From Aestuariivirga sp. (GTDB taxonomy: Bacteria; Pseudomonadota; Alphaproteobacteria; Rhizobiales; Aestuariivirgaceae): a stretch of 64,000 bases of DNA. The notes under the pieces were generated by a model that did not search any database, was not told the DNA's origin, and was given only the letters and a program-made list of their open reading frames with translations. Of this stretch, positions 19,075 to 27,977 are shown in pieces; positions within the stretch are counted from its first letter, which is position 1; the number at the start of each line of letters is the position of its first letter. Position numbers and translations under genes: made by a program. The stretch is from assembly GCF_041738905.1 (NCBI RefSeq), contig NZ_JBGSOZ010000151.1:5829-69828 (forward strand), written 5' to 3'.

Positions 19075-20592
19075 ATGGGCCTGTTCGATCTGTTCCGCCG
19101 CCGTGGGGCCGGCGGCCCGGCTGCCATGCGTGCTCGTCTCGAAGGGGCCATGGCGAAGCGGCGATTACGGGGATGGAACCCGCCGCTCGAGAACATCAAC
19201 ACGCTGGTGGCCTCGGGCGGCCCGCGGCTTCTGGCACGCGCGCGCGAACTGGTCGTCACCAATGGCTATGCCGCAAATGCCTGCGAGGCTTTCGCGGCGA
19301 ACCTTGTCGGCGATGGCATCAAGCCGTCGTCGCTGACGGCAAATGCGGAACTCCGCGATCGCATCCAGCGGCTCTGGCTCGCCTGGACCGACGAGGCGGA
19401 TGCCGACGGGCTGACCGATTTCTACGGCCTGCAGGCAATGGTGGCGCGCGAGATGTTCGTGGCGGGCGAATGTTTCGTCCGGCTGCGCCCGCGCCGGGCG
19501 GAGGATGGATTGCTGGTGCCGCTGCAACTGCAGCTCCTGCAATCGGAGATGCTGCCCTTCGACAAGATGGAGACGGGATCAAACGGCAACCGCATCCGCT
19601 GCGGCATCGAGTTTGACGCCATCGGCCGGCGCGTGGCCTATCATTTCCGCAGACGACATCCCGGCGACAGCACCGACCAGGGGATGGTGATCCCTGAGAC
19701 AGTGCGTGTGCCGGCTGCCAACGTGTTGCACATTTACCGGCCGATCGACGCCGGCCAGATCCGTGGCTTGCCGCATGTGGCGCCCGCCATGGTGCGGTTG
19801 TTCCTGCTCGATCAGTACGACGATGCCGAGCTCGACCGCAAGAAGACCGCAGCGATGTTCGCAGGCTTCATTACCAAGACCGCACCGGAAGAATCCATGA
19901 TGGGCGAGACGCATGCCGACCCTGAGGGCACTGCCATTGCCAGCCTTGAGCCCGGCACCATGCAGGTGCTGCTACCGGGGGAGGACGTGAAGTTCTCGAG
20001 CCCTGCCGACGTGGGCGGTGGTTACGAGGCCTTCCAGTACCGCACACTGCTCGCCGTCTCGGCTTCGCTGGGATTGCCCTATCACCTGGTGACGGGGGAC
20101 GTGCGGCAGGCAAATTATTCGAGCTTGCGCGCCGAGCTCGTCGAATTCCGCCGCCGCATGCAGCAGCTCCAATACGGCGTCATGGCACATCAGCTCTGCC
20201 GCCCGATCTGGGCGCGCTGGATGGAAACGGCATTGCTGGCGGGCGCGATCGAGCTTGATGATGCGGTGACCGCGCGCGCAGTTCAGTGGATTCCACCGCG
20301 TTGGGACTGGGTCGATCCCTTGAAGGACATCCAGGCACAGGTACTGGCGATGGAGGCAGGCATCACCTCACGGCGCAAGGTGGTCGAAGCCACAGGCTAC
20401 GACATCGAGGAAGTGGACCGCGAGAACGCCACGGACATGAAGCGTGCCGCCGATCTGGGCCTTGGTTATCGCACCGGCCCCGGCACGACGCAGGGTGCGC
20501 GGGCAACCCCTGCAACCCGGCCCGATCCCGGCGATGGCACGAGCGATAACAACGGCACCGGGACGACCGATCCCGCTACCGAACAGGAGTAA
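19075..20592 (+). CDS. Portal protein, lambda family
   Basis: RGLPHVAP, DAELDRKK, NYSSLRA, WVDPLKD. Confidence 0.95.
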   Translation: MGLFDLFRRRGAGGPAAMRARLEGAMAKRRLRGWNPPLENINTLVASGGPRLLARARELVVTNGYAANACEAFAANLVGDGIKPSSLTANAELRDRIQRLWLAWTDEADADGLTDFYGLQAMVAREMFVAGECFVRLRPRRAEDGLLVPLQLQLLQSEMLPFDKMETGSNGNRIRCGIEFDAIGRRVAYHFRRRHPGDSTDQGMVIPETVRVPAANVLHIYRPIDAGQIRGLPHVAPAMVRLFLLDQYDDAELDRKKTAAMFAGFITKTAPEESMMGETHADPEGTAIASLEPGTMQVLLPGEDVKFSSPADVGGGYEAFQYRTLLAVSASLGLPYHLVTGDVRQANYSSLRAELVEFRRRMQQLQYGVMAHQLCRPIWARWMETALLAGAIELDDAVTARAVQWIPPRWDWVDPLKDIQAQVLAMEAGITSRRKVVEATGYDIEEVDRENATDMKRAADLGLGYRTGPGTTQGARATPATRPDPGDGTSDNNGTGTTDPATEQE

Positions 20593-20596
20593 TTCC

Positions 20597-21625
20597 ATGA
20601 ACAGCTGGTACACGATCCGCGCCCGCGCAACGGGTGCGGAAGTGGCGATCTATGACGAGATCGGCGCCCATGGCGTCTCGGCGAAAGGCTTCCTCGCCGA
20701 GCTTGGCGCGCTGCCCGAGGGAACGCCCATCGATCTCAGGCTGAACAGCCCGAGTGGGTCGGTCTTTGATGCTGTGGCGATCTATAACGCGATCAAGCGC
20801 CATGAAGGCCCAGTCACGGTCTGGATCGATGGCATCGCCGCCTCGGCTGCCTCCTACGTGGCGATGGCGGGCGACGAGATTGTCATGCCTGAGAACGCCT
20901 TCCTGATGATCCACGATCCGGCCGGCCTCGTGATGGGCACGGCGGATGACATGCGCGCTATGGCTGATGCGCTCGACAAGGTGAAGGGCAGCCTGGTGCA
21001 GGGCTACGCCTCGAAGTCCGGCCGCGACCCGCAAAATATTGCCGCGTTGATGGCGGCCGAGACCTGGTTCGACGCGAAGGAAGCACTGGACGCAGGACTT
21101 GCCACCCGCATCGCCGAGCCCGTGCGCATTGCCGCGCGCTTCGACATCGCCCGCTTCCGCAATGCACCCCCTGCGCTGATCGAGGCGGCGGAGCCCGACA
21201 CGCCGGAAACCGTTCCGGAAGGGAACGGTTTGGAGGGCGACCCGGTCGTCAGTGGCCTCGAACCGGATGACATTGCTGATGATGCCAGCGCCGATGAACA
21301 ACCCGGCTCTGCCGAGGGGCATGTCAAGCACGCCAACATGCCCGCACCCGCGAGTGGGGCACCGGCCGATGCCGCGGCAATCCGAGCGGAGACCATCGCA
21401 CATGCCCGTGCCGTCATCGATCTCTGCCGCCTCGCCCGTCAGCCGCAGATGGCGGGCCGCTTCCTCGAGCAGAACGCAAGCCTCGACGAGGTTCGCGCTG
21501 CACTTCTGGCCGCGAAGTCAGACGCCGAGCCCGAGATCACGCCGCACCACCCGCAACCCGGCCGCAAGTCAGCCGCCCGCCCCTGGGGCGAAATTGTCGC
21601 CCGCACCTTCAAACTGAAAGGATGA
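20597..21625 (+). CDS. ClpP-type prohead protease/scaffold
   Basis: IYDEIG, NSPSG, GIAASAAS, LMIHDP, ETWFDAKEA; acidic Pro-rich tail. Confidence 0.9.
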   Translation: MNSWYTIRARATGAEVAIYDEIGAHGVSAKGFLAELGALPEGTPIDLRLNSPSGSVFDAVAIYNAIKRHEGPVTVWIDGIAASAASYVAMAGDEIVMPENAFLMIHDPAGLVMGTADDMRAMADALDKVKGSLVQGYASKSGRDPQNIAALMAAETWFDAKEALDAGLATRIAEPVRIAARFDIARFRNAPPALIEAAEPDTPETVPEGNGLEGDPVVSGLEPDDIADDASADEQPGSAEGHVKHANMPAPASGAPADAAAIRAETIAHARAVIDLCRLARQPQMAGRFLEQNASLDEVRAALLAAKSDAEPEITPHHPQPGRKSAARPWGEIVARTFKLKG

Positions 21626-21629
21626 CCCC

Positions 21630-21995
21630 ATGACCACACTCGTCGAAGGCAAGCACGCTGGCCACTTCCTCGTCTGGGAAGCGTTCCGCGACTATACCCG
21701 CGAAACCGTCACCATCGCGTCCGGCACGCTCGAGGCCGGCACCGTGCTCGGCAAGATCACGGTCGGTGGCAAGTATGCCGCACACAATCCTGCAGCCACC
21801 AACGGCACCCAGACGGCCGTCGCCGTGCTCTGGGGCAAGGCCGATGCGTCGGGCGGGGATGCAGCCGCCCTTGCTGTCGTCCGCGGCCCGGCAATCGTCA
21901 ATCGCCACGACCTCGTCTTCGCAGGCACTCCGTCCGGACCAGAAATCGCCGCGGCGCATGCTGCTCTGCTCGCCGTCGGCATCCTCGTCCGCTGA
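21630..21995 (+). CDS. Head decoration protein
   Basis: GTVLGKIT...GKY...A(V)AVL; position between protease and capsid. Confidence 0.8.
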   Translation: MTTLVEGKHAGHFLVWEAFRDYTRETVTIASGTLEAGTVLGKITVGGKYAAHNPAATNGTQTAVAVLWGKADASGGDAAALAVVRGPAIVNRHDLVFAGTPSGPEIAAAHAALLAVGILVR

Positions 21996-22045
21996 TCCTG
22001 CCCGTCACTACCCCTCACAGCAATCCCTGAACCGGAGGCATTCCC

Positions 22046-22480
22046 ATGGCCACAATGGACATCTTCGAAGGCGATGCCTTCACCATCATCGAACTCACTC
22101 GCGCGCTCGAGAACATCCCCTTCAAGCCGGCACTGCTCTCGGGCTCGAATCTCTTCAGCCCCCGTGGCGTGCGGGCGCGCACCGTGATGATCGAGAGCCG
22201 GGACGGCACGCTGTCGCTGATCCCGTTCTCGGAACGAGGCTCGGCCTACGAGCAGCAGGTGACCGGGTCCGAGCTCGTCTTCATTGCCGAGACAGCAATG
22301 TCGACGATCCGCAAGAAGACGGCTGATGGCGCTTTGGAAATGCCATCACCGGCATCTGGCGAAGTGACGCTGAAGCTCAACCCGGCAGAAACCCGCCTGT
22401 TTGCGGTCGGCCGCCTGAGAAGCCGCTACGAGTTCGAGCGGCGTATTGGTGGCACCGAGGAAACATTGGTGTGCGGGTGA
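22046..22480 (+). pseudogene. Major capsid protein N-terminal ~72 aa fused in frame to the C-terminal part of a distal tail-region protein
   Basis: Begins like a lambda gpE-family capsid (MDIFEGDAFT...SLIPFSERGS) but is only 144 aa; sequence after ~22260 is unrelated to capsid. Confidence 0.75.
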
Positions 22481-22486
22481 CGCTGC

Positions 22487-22915
22487 ATGCGGCAGGTTAC
22501 ACGCCGTCAGTGGTGGATCACGGCGATCTTGCAGATACCAGCAATGAACTCGCCACTGCCAATGGCTAAGGAACTTCCCGGTCTTGTTCGCCGTCGCCGC
22601 GCTGAAGCGGCACTGTGGCGTGGGCTGCCCAAGATGGTAGATGCCCAGCAGGCGCGCGTTGTACCCGATTTGCCGTTGCCGCCGAAGCCCGTCACACAGT
22701 CGAAAGAGGCCAATGCCGCCATCCTTGCGGGCGGCGCCGGTGCAATCGCAGCCGCCAGTGAGGCCATGCCACTGATCAGGGAAGGTGTCGGTATCTTGCC
22801 CGTCCTGGTGGAGTCACTGGGACGACCAGCGTTTATTGCAGCGCTCATCACTATTGCAGCAGCACTGGCCATCTGGGTCTGGCGCCGCCAGCGTCTGCTG
22901 GAGCAGGGCGCATGA
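22487..22915 (+). pseudogene. Endolysin (GH24 lysozyme) C-terminal remnant with membrane tail
   Basis: ELPGLVRRRRAEAALW lysozyme end motif; no upstream catalytic E/D/T region in frame. Confidence 0.7.
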
Positions 22916-23151
22916 TGTTCTCCTGGCTACTCTCGCCCCTCGGACGCTGGCTGTCACTGGCAGGCACATTCGTTGCCACACTCACCGTCGTGTGGCTCAA
23001 GGGCCGTGCCGCCGGAAAGGCAGCGTGGGAGGAAAAACGTCACGCAGCACGCGAAAAGGCCATGAAGCAATCAAAGGAGATCCGACATGACGTGCAAACT
23101 GACAGCGATGCTGCTCTTGATTGCCGTCTCGATCGCTGGATGCGCGACTGA
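22912..23151 (+). CDS. Rz/i-spanin-like membrane protein
   Basis: N-terminal TM helix then charged coiled segment; follows the endolysin. Confidence 0.55.
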   Translation: MMFSWLLSPLGRWLSLAGTFVATLTVVWLKGRAAGKAAWEEKRHAAREKAMKQSKEIRHDVQTDSDAALDCRLDRWMRD

Positions 23152-23287
23152 CCCACTCACCCGCAGTGATTGTGACTGGGCACAGCCTATCAAGCCGTCA
23201 CGAAAGGATGTGCTGACGCGGCAGACCAAGGAGCAGATTGCGGCCCACAATGAGGTGGGCGCGCGGCTATGCAGATGGACGAGATAG
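23087..23287 (+). CDS. Rz1/o-spanin-like lipoprotein
   Basis: Lipobox IAG-C; overlaps the previous gene in another frame. Confidence 0.6.
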   Translation: MTCKLTAMLLLIAVSIAGCATDPLTRSDCDWAQPIKPSRKDVLTRQTKEQIAAHNEVGARLCRWTR

Positions 23288-23498
23288 TTGCAGGAAGCTT
23301 GTCCGCACGCTGCAATACAGAGCAAACTTGATCCAACTTCTCGAGGCAGGCTCATTTTCTGGCCTCGTCCCTGAGGGCATCGAACAGGTAAATTGTTCTC
23401 TTGAAGGTGCTGACCTCAGGCATCCACAAAGCACGGTACCGACTCAGCCGATATGTGATAGCCTTTTAGATCAGATATTCACGCGGCAGGAGTCTCGG

Positions 23499-24062
23499 AT
23501 GGCACAGAAGCCAACTCGCAAGGCGATTTCCAAACGCAAGACTGTAGCGGCCAAGGCGGTGAAGAAAGCTTCCAAAGCGAAAGGAGTGGCCAAGAAGCCT
23601 GTAAAGTCAGCAGCCCGGAAGACAGTGGCGAAGAAAGTATCCGCCGCCGCATCCAAACGCACATCCGCAAAGAAAGTGCCTGCGAAGAAAGTCAAGGCGA
23701 AGGCCGAGAAGCCGTCAATTAAGGTCTCTTCAAAAAAGTCAAAGCCCTCTGCCAGGAAGGTTGCCAACCGTACCCTTGCCAAAAAGGCTGTCAGCCGCAC
23801 CCCCGCCAAAAAGGCCGCACCGCCGAAGAAAATCGCACTCGCCAAGATACCCAAAACGACGAAGCCTCCGAGGCAAGTTGCTGCTCCTGACATTGCAGCC
23901 GCGCGGGCATCGGCCGCCGCTGTTTCAGAACCGCCGCACCCCGGAATGATGGGAGATGGTACCGAAGAGCAGAACCTGAACCAGCCGGGTGTACCAGGAG
24001 CTAGAATCACCGGAGAAGACGTCGAAGTTGCGTTCGGGGAATCCAAACCCGACAGCAACTGA
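23499..24062 (+). CDS. Lys/Ala-rich histone-H1-like protein
   Basis: SD aggag; about 37 Lys in the first ~125 aa, repeated (P/V/L)AKK; acidic C-terminal tail. Confidence 0.7.
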   Translation: MAQKPTRKAISKRKTVAAKAVKKASKAKGVAKKPVKSAARKTVAKKVSAAASKRTSAKKVPAKKVKAKAEKPSIKVSSKKSKPSARKVANRTLAKKAVSRTPAKKAAPPKKIALAKIPKTTKPPRQVAAPDIAAARASAAAVSEPPHPGMMGDGTEEQNLNQPGVPGARITGEDVEVAFGESKPDSN

Positions 24063-24142
24063 ATTCAAGATGCCGGAGCCGGCCGAATCTGGATGCAGTG
24101 AACTCGCTGTGGTGATGTGTCCGACGGGTTCAAATCATCGAT

Positions 24143-24469
24143 CTAGGCGGTGCGCGGCCCCCAGAGGATGATTCCCGCACCGACAATGCACACCAACGAA
24201 CCGATCAGATCCCATCGGTCAGGCTTGATGCCATCAACAGCCCAAAGCCAGCCAATGCTGGCTGCGATGTAGATGCCGCCGTAAACCGCATAGGCTCGAC
24301 CGGCATTCTCTGTCGGGGCGAGCGTCAGCAACCAGGCAAAGGCAACCAGCAGGACAATGCCGGGCAACAGCCAGAGCGGGGACTTACCGTGGTTCATCCA
24401 GGCCCAGAAGGCGAAGCACCCAGTAATTTCGGCAATTGCGGCAGCAGCGTAAATCATGAAGGCATACAT
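24143..24469 (-). CDS. ynfA: YnfA/UPF0060 membrane protein
   Basis: AAIAEITGCFAFW, GRAYAVYGGIYI, PDRWD. Confidence 0.9.
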   Translation of the reverse strand: MYAFMIYAAAAIAEITGCFAFWAWMNHGKSPLWLLPGIVLLVAFAWLLTLAPTENAGRAYAVYGGIYIAASIGWLWAVDGIKPDRWDLIGSLVCIVGAGIILWGPRTA

Positions 24470-24630
24470 TGTTGCAAAGTCTCTTCTGGTGGTTCTAACG
24501 TGTCAACGGCTCGGGTTCACAAGCTCTAGCCGTGACATGTCGTTTGGGAAAGGGGTTAAGCCAAAGAACGCCGAGGCCGATTGTAAGACATATGCAGCAT
24601 GACGTCATATCTGGTCAGCTATAACGCAGT

Positions 24631-25398
24631 GTGTATAAACCGGTACTCATGCTGCTCTCTTTAAACGCTGAACTCCTGCTCGCCCTGTGCATGTTTCTGG
24701 GTGCGGTGCTTTACACCTCGGTCGGTCATGCCGGGGCGTCGGCGTATATTGCCATGATGGCGCTGTTCAGTGTTCCGGCAGTGGTCATGAGGCCCACGGC
24801 CCTTGTCCTGAATATCCTGGTCGCCAGCTTCACGTCGTTCCGGTTTATCAAGGCGGGCCTCTTCCGCTTTCGCACACTCTGGCCCTTCCTCGTCGGTGCG
24901 CTGCCGATGGCGTTCCTCGGCGGCTATATCCAGCTCCCCGGCGAATTTTATCGGCCGCTTGTCGGTGTCGTACTCCTGATTGCCGCTGTGCGGCTGCTGT
25001 GGCCCTCGGAACTCCGCAGCAACCGGGAATCTTCTGACCCTCCGCTGTGGCTCGCGGTGTTGGCCGGGGCGGTCATTGGCCTGCTCTCGGGGCTGACGGG
25101 AACGGGCGGCGGTATCTTCCTCTCACCGCTCCTGCTGTTCTTAGCGTGGTCAGAGACGCGCACGGCCTCGGGTGTGGCGGCGGTGTTCATTCTCTGCAAT
25201 TCGGTGGCGGGCCTGCTTGGCAATATCGCGTCAGTGAAGTCACTGCCTCCTGACCTACCGCTCTTCGCAGCGGCTGTGCTGCTCGGCGCTGTCATTGGAA
25301 CAACCCTCGGCATCAGCAAACTCGCTCAACAGGGGGTATTGAAGGCTCTCGGGCTGGTGCTCATCGTTGCCGGATTCAAGCTCATTGGCGCTTATTGA
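24631..25398 (+). CDS. TauE/SafE-family exporter (start may be 24649)
   Basis: VGHAGASAY, GLTGTGGGIFLSP repeats; hydrophobic. Confidence 0.85.
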   Translation: MYKPVLMLLSLNAELLLALCMFLGAVLYTSVGHAGASAYIAMMALFSVPAVVMRPTALVLNILVASFTSFRFIKAGLFRFRTLWPFLVGALPMAFLGGYIQLPGEFYRPLVGVVLLIAAVRLLWPSELRSNRESSDPPLWLAVLAGAVIGLLSGLTGTGGGIFLSPLLLFLAWSETRTASGVAAVFILCNSVAGLLGNIASVKSLPPDLPLFAAAVLLGAVIGTTLGISKLAQQGVLKALGLVLIVAGFKLIGAY

Positions 25399-25451
25399 AC
25401 ACGCTGCGAACCTTTGACGGCTCTGCCCCGCTGAGCTAGGCTTCTGTCTTT

Positions 25452-25505
25452 GTGATGGGGATGGGGCTCCCCGATAACCGCCGCAAGGCTGATAGCTCCT
25501 GCTGC
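25452..25505 (+). ncRNA. Fluoride (crcB) riboswitch
   Basis: GGGGAUGGGGCUCCCC-GAUAACCGCC-GCAA-GGCUGAUAGCUCCUGC: P1 GGGGA/UCCCC, pseudoknot GGGGCU/AGCUCC, AACCGC and GCUGAU conserved segments; lies 5' of the MFS gene. Confidence 0.85.
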
Positions 25506-25608
25506 AAAAGGGCCGCTCTGGCTCTGTCGTGGTGGGAGTGTGTCTGTGCCTTCACACTCGTCATGCAGACCTGACGTTGCCTGAACAGTTGAACGGAAAG
25601 GTGATGTC

Positions 25609-26817
25609 ATGGCAACGTCCAAACCCTCGGTATCGCAGCTGGCGAGAATCCCTCGCGGAGTCTGGGCCCTCGGCTTTGTGAGCATGTTTATGGACATCTC
25701 ATCCGAGATGATCCATGCGTTGCTGCCCATCTATCTCGTGGTGGTGCTCGGCACCTCCGCACTGACGGTGGGACTCATTGAAGGCATCGCCGAAGCAACC
25801 GCCAGCATTACCAAAATCTTTTCAGGTGCGCTGTCGGACTGGCTCGGCAAACGCAAGCTGCTGGCTGCCATCGGTTATGGGCTTGCTGCCTTTACCAAGC
25901 CGATATTCCCGCTGGCCACTTCGGTGAGTTGGCTGGTGGCGGCACGATTCATCGACCGTATCGGCAAAGGCATAAGGGGTGCGCCGCGTGATGCACTGGT
26001 GGCCGACATTGCACCGCCTGAACTGCGCGGTGCGAGCTTCGGCCTCCGGCAGTCTCTCGATACAGTCGGGGCATTCCTCGGTCCGCTGGCTGCCATCGGG
26101 CTCATGGCTGCCAGCGGCGACAATTTCCAGCTCGTGTTCTGGATTGCTGTTGTCCCGGCTTTCATCGCCTTCGGTCTGATGGTGTTCGGTGTCGAGGAGC
26201 CCGCAAAGCATGAAGAGGGCGTAAAGAAGCCCCCGCTGCGCTTTGCGGACGCGAAAAAACTCAAGGGGGCATTTTGGGCCGTCGTGGCCGTCGCCTCGGT
26301 GCTGACGCTGGCCCGGTTCTCCGAGGCCTTTCTGGTGCTCCGTGCCCAGAATGTCGGGTTCCCGATTGCCTTCATCCCGGCCTTCATGGTGGTCATGAAC
26401 ATCGTCTATGCGCTCTCTGCCTATCCGGCCGGAGTGCTGTCGGACAGGTTTGGCCGCTATGTCGTGCTGATGGCGGGCATTGTCCTGTTGATCGTCGCTG
26501 ACCTCATCCTGGCCTGGGGCAACACGATTCCGATGGCACTGCTCGGCGTCGTGTTCTGGGGGCTGCATATGGGGCTCACCCAGGGACTCCTCGCCACCCT
26601 CGTGGCTGATACCGCACCGCCTGAACTGCGTGGCACCGCCTTTGGCGTGTTCAACTTTGCAGGTGGCATTGCCATGCTCTTTGCCAGCCTCATTGCAGGC
26701 GGCCTTTGGGACGCTTACGGCCCGGCGGCCACCTTCTATGCCGGGGCGGCTATTACGGCCGTAGCACTCGCCGGGCTGGTCATCGTTCGTGCCCGCTATT
26801 CTGCGAGGGCCGCCTGA
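25609..26817 (+). CDS. MFS transporter
   Basis: GALSDWLGKRK and GVLSDRFGR motif-A copies; about 12 TM segments. Confidence 0.9.
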   Translation: MATSKPSVSQLARIPRGVWALGFVSMFMDISSEMIHALLPIYLVVVLGTSALTVGLIEGIAEATASITKIFSGALSDWLGKRKLLAAIGYGLAAFTKPIFPLATSVSWLVAARFIDRIGKGIRGAPRDALVADIAPPELRGASFGLRQSLDTVGAFLGPLAAIGLMAASGDNFQLVFWIAVVPAFIAFGLMVFGVEEPAKHEEGVKKPPLRFADAKKLKGAFWAVVAVASVLTLARFSEAFLVLRAQNVGFPIAFIPAFMVVMNIVYALSAYPAGVLSDRFGRYVVLMAGIVLLIVADLILAWGNTIPMALLGVVFWGLHMGLTQGLLATLVADTAPPELRGTAFGVFNFAGGIAMLFASLIAGGLWDAYGPAATFYAGAAITAVALAGLVIVRARYSARAA

Positions 26818-26822
26818 CGGCG

Positions 26823-27188
26823 ATGTTTGCCAAGGTCGGCATTGAGAATATCAATTCCGATTTTGCCACCTTCATTCGCACCATCGTTATCCTGTTCGTG
26901 GTGGCCGGGTTGCTGGCGATCACCGGGCAATGGCAATCGCCATCGACCGTATCCAGCCGGCCCTATCTCTTCCCGGTACCTTCGGGTTCCGCCACGGGAG
27001 CCTCGTGCCTGTGCTACTTCCGCGCCCTCAAAATCGGAGACGCAGCGCGGGTGGCGCCCATCGACAAGCTGAGTGTAGTCCTGGTGGTGATCTTTGCAAC
27101 GATCTTCCTCGGAAAGCATCTATCTTGGCCGAACTGGCTCGGTGTTGCCTTCATTGCGGCCGGGGCCGTGCTTGTGTCCTTGAAGTAG
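26823..27188 (+). pseudogene. EamA-family small transporter, 5'-truncated and degenerate
   Basis: FAKVGIENINSDFAT, YFRALK, VAPIDKLSVV; first TM missing; helix-breaking Pro residues in TM3. Confidence 0.65.
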
Positions 27189-27507
27189 GCGCATTCGAGC
27201 AGATCATTCAGTGGCGCGGATTGCCACCGCGCGCGATCATCAAGTGGTGTACCTGATGGTGCATCCCAACCGTGAGAATTCCAAAGAAGCCGAGAGCCTT
27301 GGCTTTCTCCTGATCGGCCAGATCACAGCCGTGTCAAGCGCTGGATTCGTATTTGAGCACTCTCAAACCCTCGAACTCCCCAGCCTCCATCCAACTACTT
27401 CAACTCGTTCTACTGTGCATGTGTCGGCGAATACCGCACGAAGATGTGACACAGAGCGGACCATACCCACGATTGATGTACGATCTCAGATATGGCAAGA
27501 AAGGCTT

Positions 27508-27879
27508 ATGAGAACGACCTGGCTACGTTATTGTTGCTGTATTCTTGGCGTTCTTGCCATGCTGGGAAGTGTGTTGTCTGTACCACTCGTCTCAGCCGAT
27601 GCATTTGCGCCGAAGTCAGACATGAGCATGCCGTCCATGACGATGTCAGATGTAGGGGCAGAAGGCTGTCAGAAGCAGGCCGCTGCATGTGCTGACTGCG
27701 GAGATACGAAATGCCCAAATCTGACTAGCTGTCTCATTGTCTTTGTAAACTCGCTGCCGGCCCCTGCAGCCATCGCGTACCGCAGCGTAGTGGGCGCGAC
27801 GGAAAGTTTTGCCTTCTCGTCAGCGACTGCTCCGGCTGGCATGCTCATTCCTCCCTTAATCCGGCCTCCGATCGTCTAA
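27508..27879 (+). CDS. Secreted Cys/Met-rich leader protein (CutF/DUF2946-like)
   Basis: Signal peptide, CADC and CPNLTSC, C-terminal PPLIRPPIV; first gene before the cus operon. Confidence 0.65.
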   Translation: MRTTWLRYCCCILGVLAMLGSVLSVPLVSADAFAPKSDMSMPSMTMSDVGAEGCQKQAAACADCGDTKCPNLTSCLIVFVNSLPAPAAIAYRSVVGATESFAFSSATAPAGMLIPPLIRPPIV

Positions 27880-27977
27880 GCTTCACCGATGGTATTTTAG
27901 CGCCGCATTCAATGCTGCGCTGATGTGCGCGCGCCAGAGCGACGTGCGCAGGGCTCAGACTTATGGAGATTATCAAC

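Larger units (their letters stand above)
1..23290 (+). mobile_element. Defective lambdoid prophage (left part outside window)
   Basis: Co-oriented replication, terminase GpA, lambda-type portal, ClpP protease, decoration, capsid fragment and lysis genes; no tail genes and no integrase in the window. Confidence 0.9.

Noticed and set aside
20597-21625. NSPSG instead of NSPGG as protease inactivation
   Set aside because: Single substitution with Ser/His/Asp motifs intact; cannot be judged from sequence
16380-23287. Gene transfer agent
   Set aside because: Linked replication genes, cos-type terminase and a broken capsid gene do not fit a GTA
24470-24630. Riboswitch or MerR operator upstream of ynfA
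   Set aside because: No guanidine, Mn or other recognisable motif, and no convincing dyad
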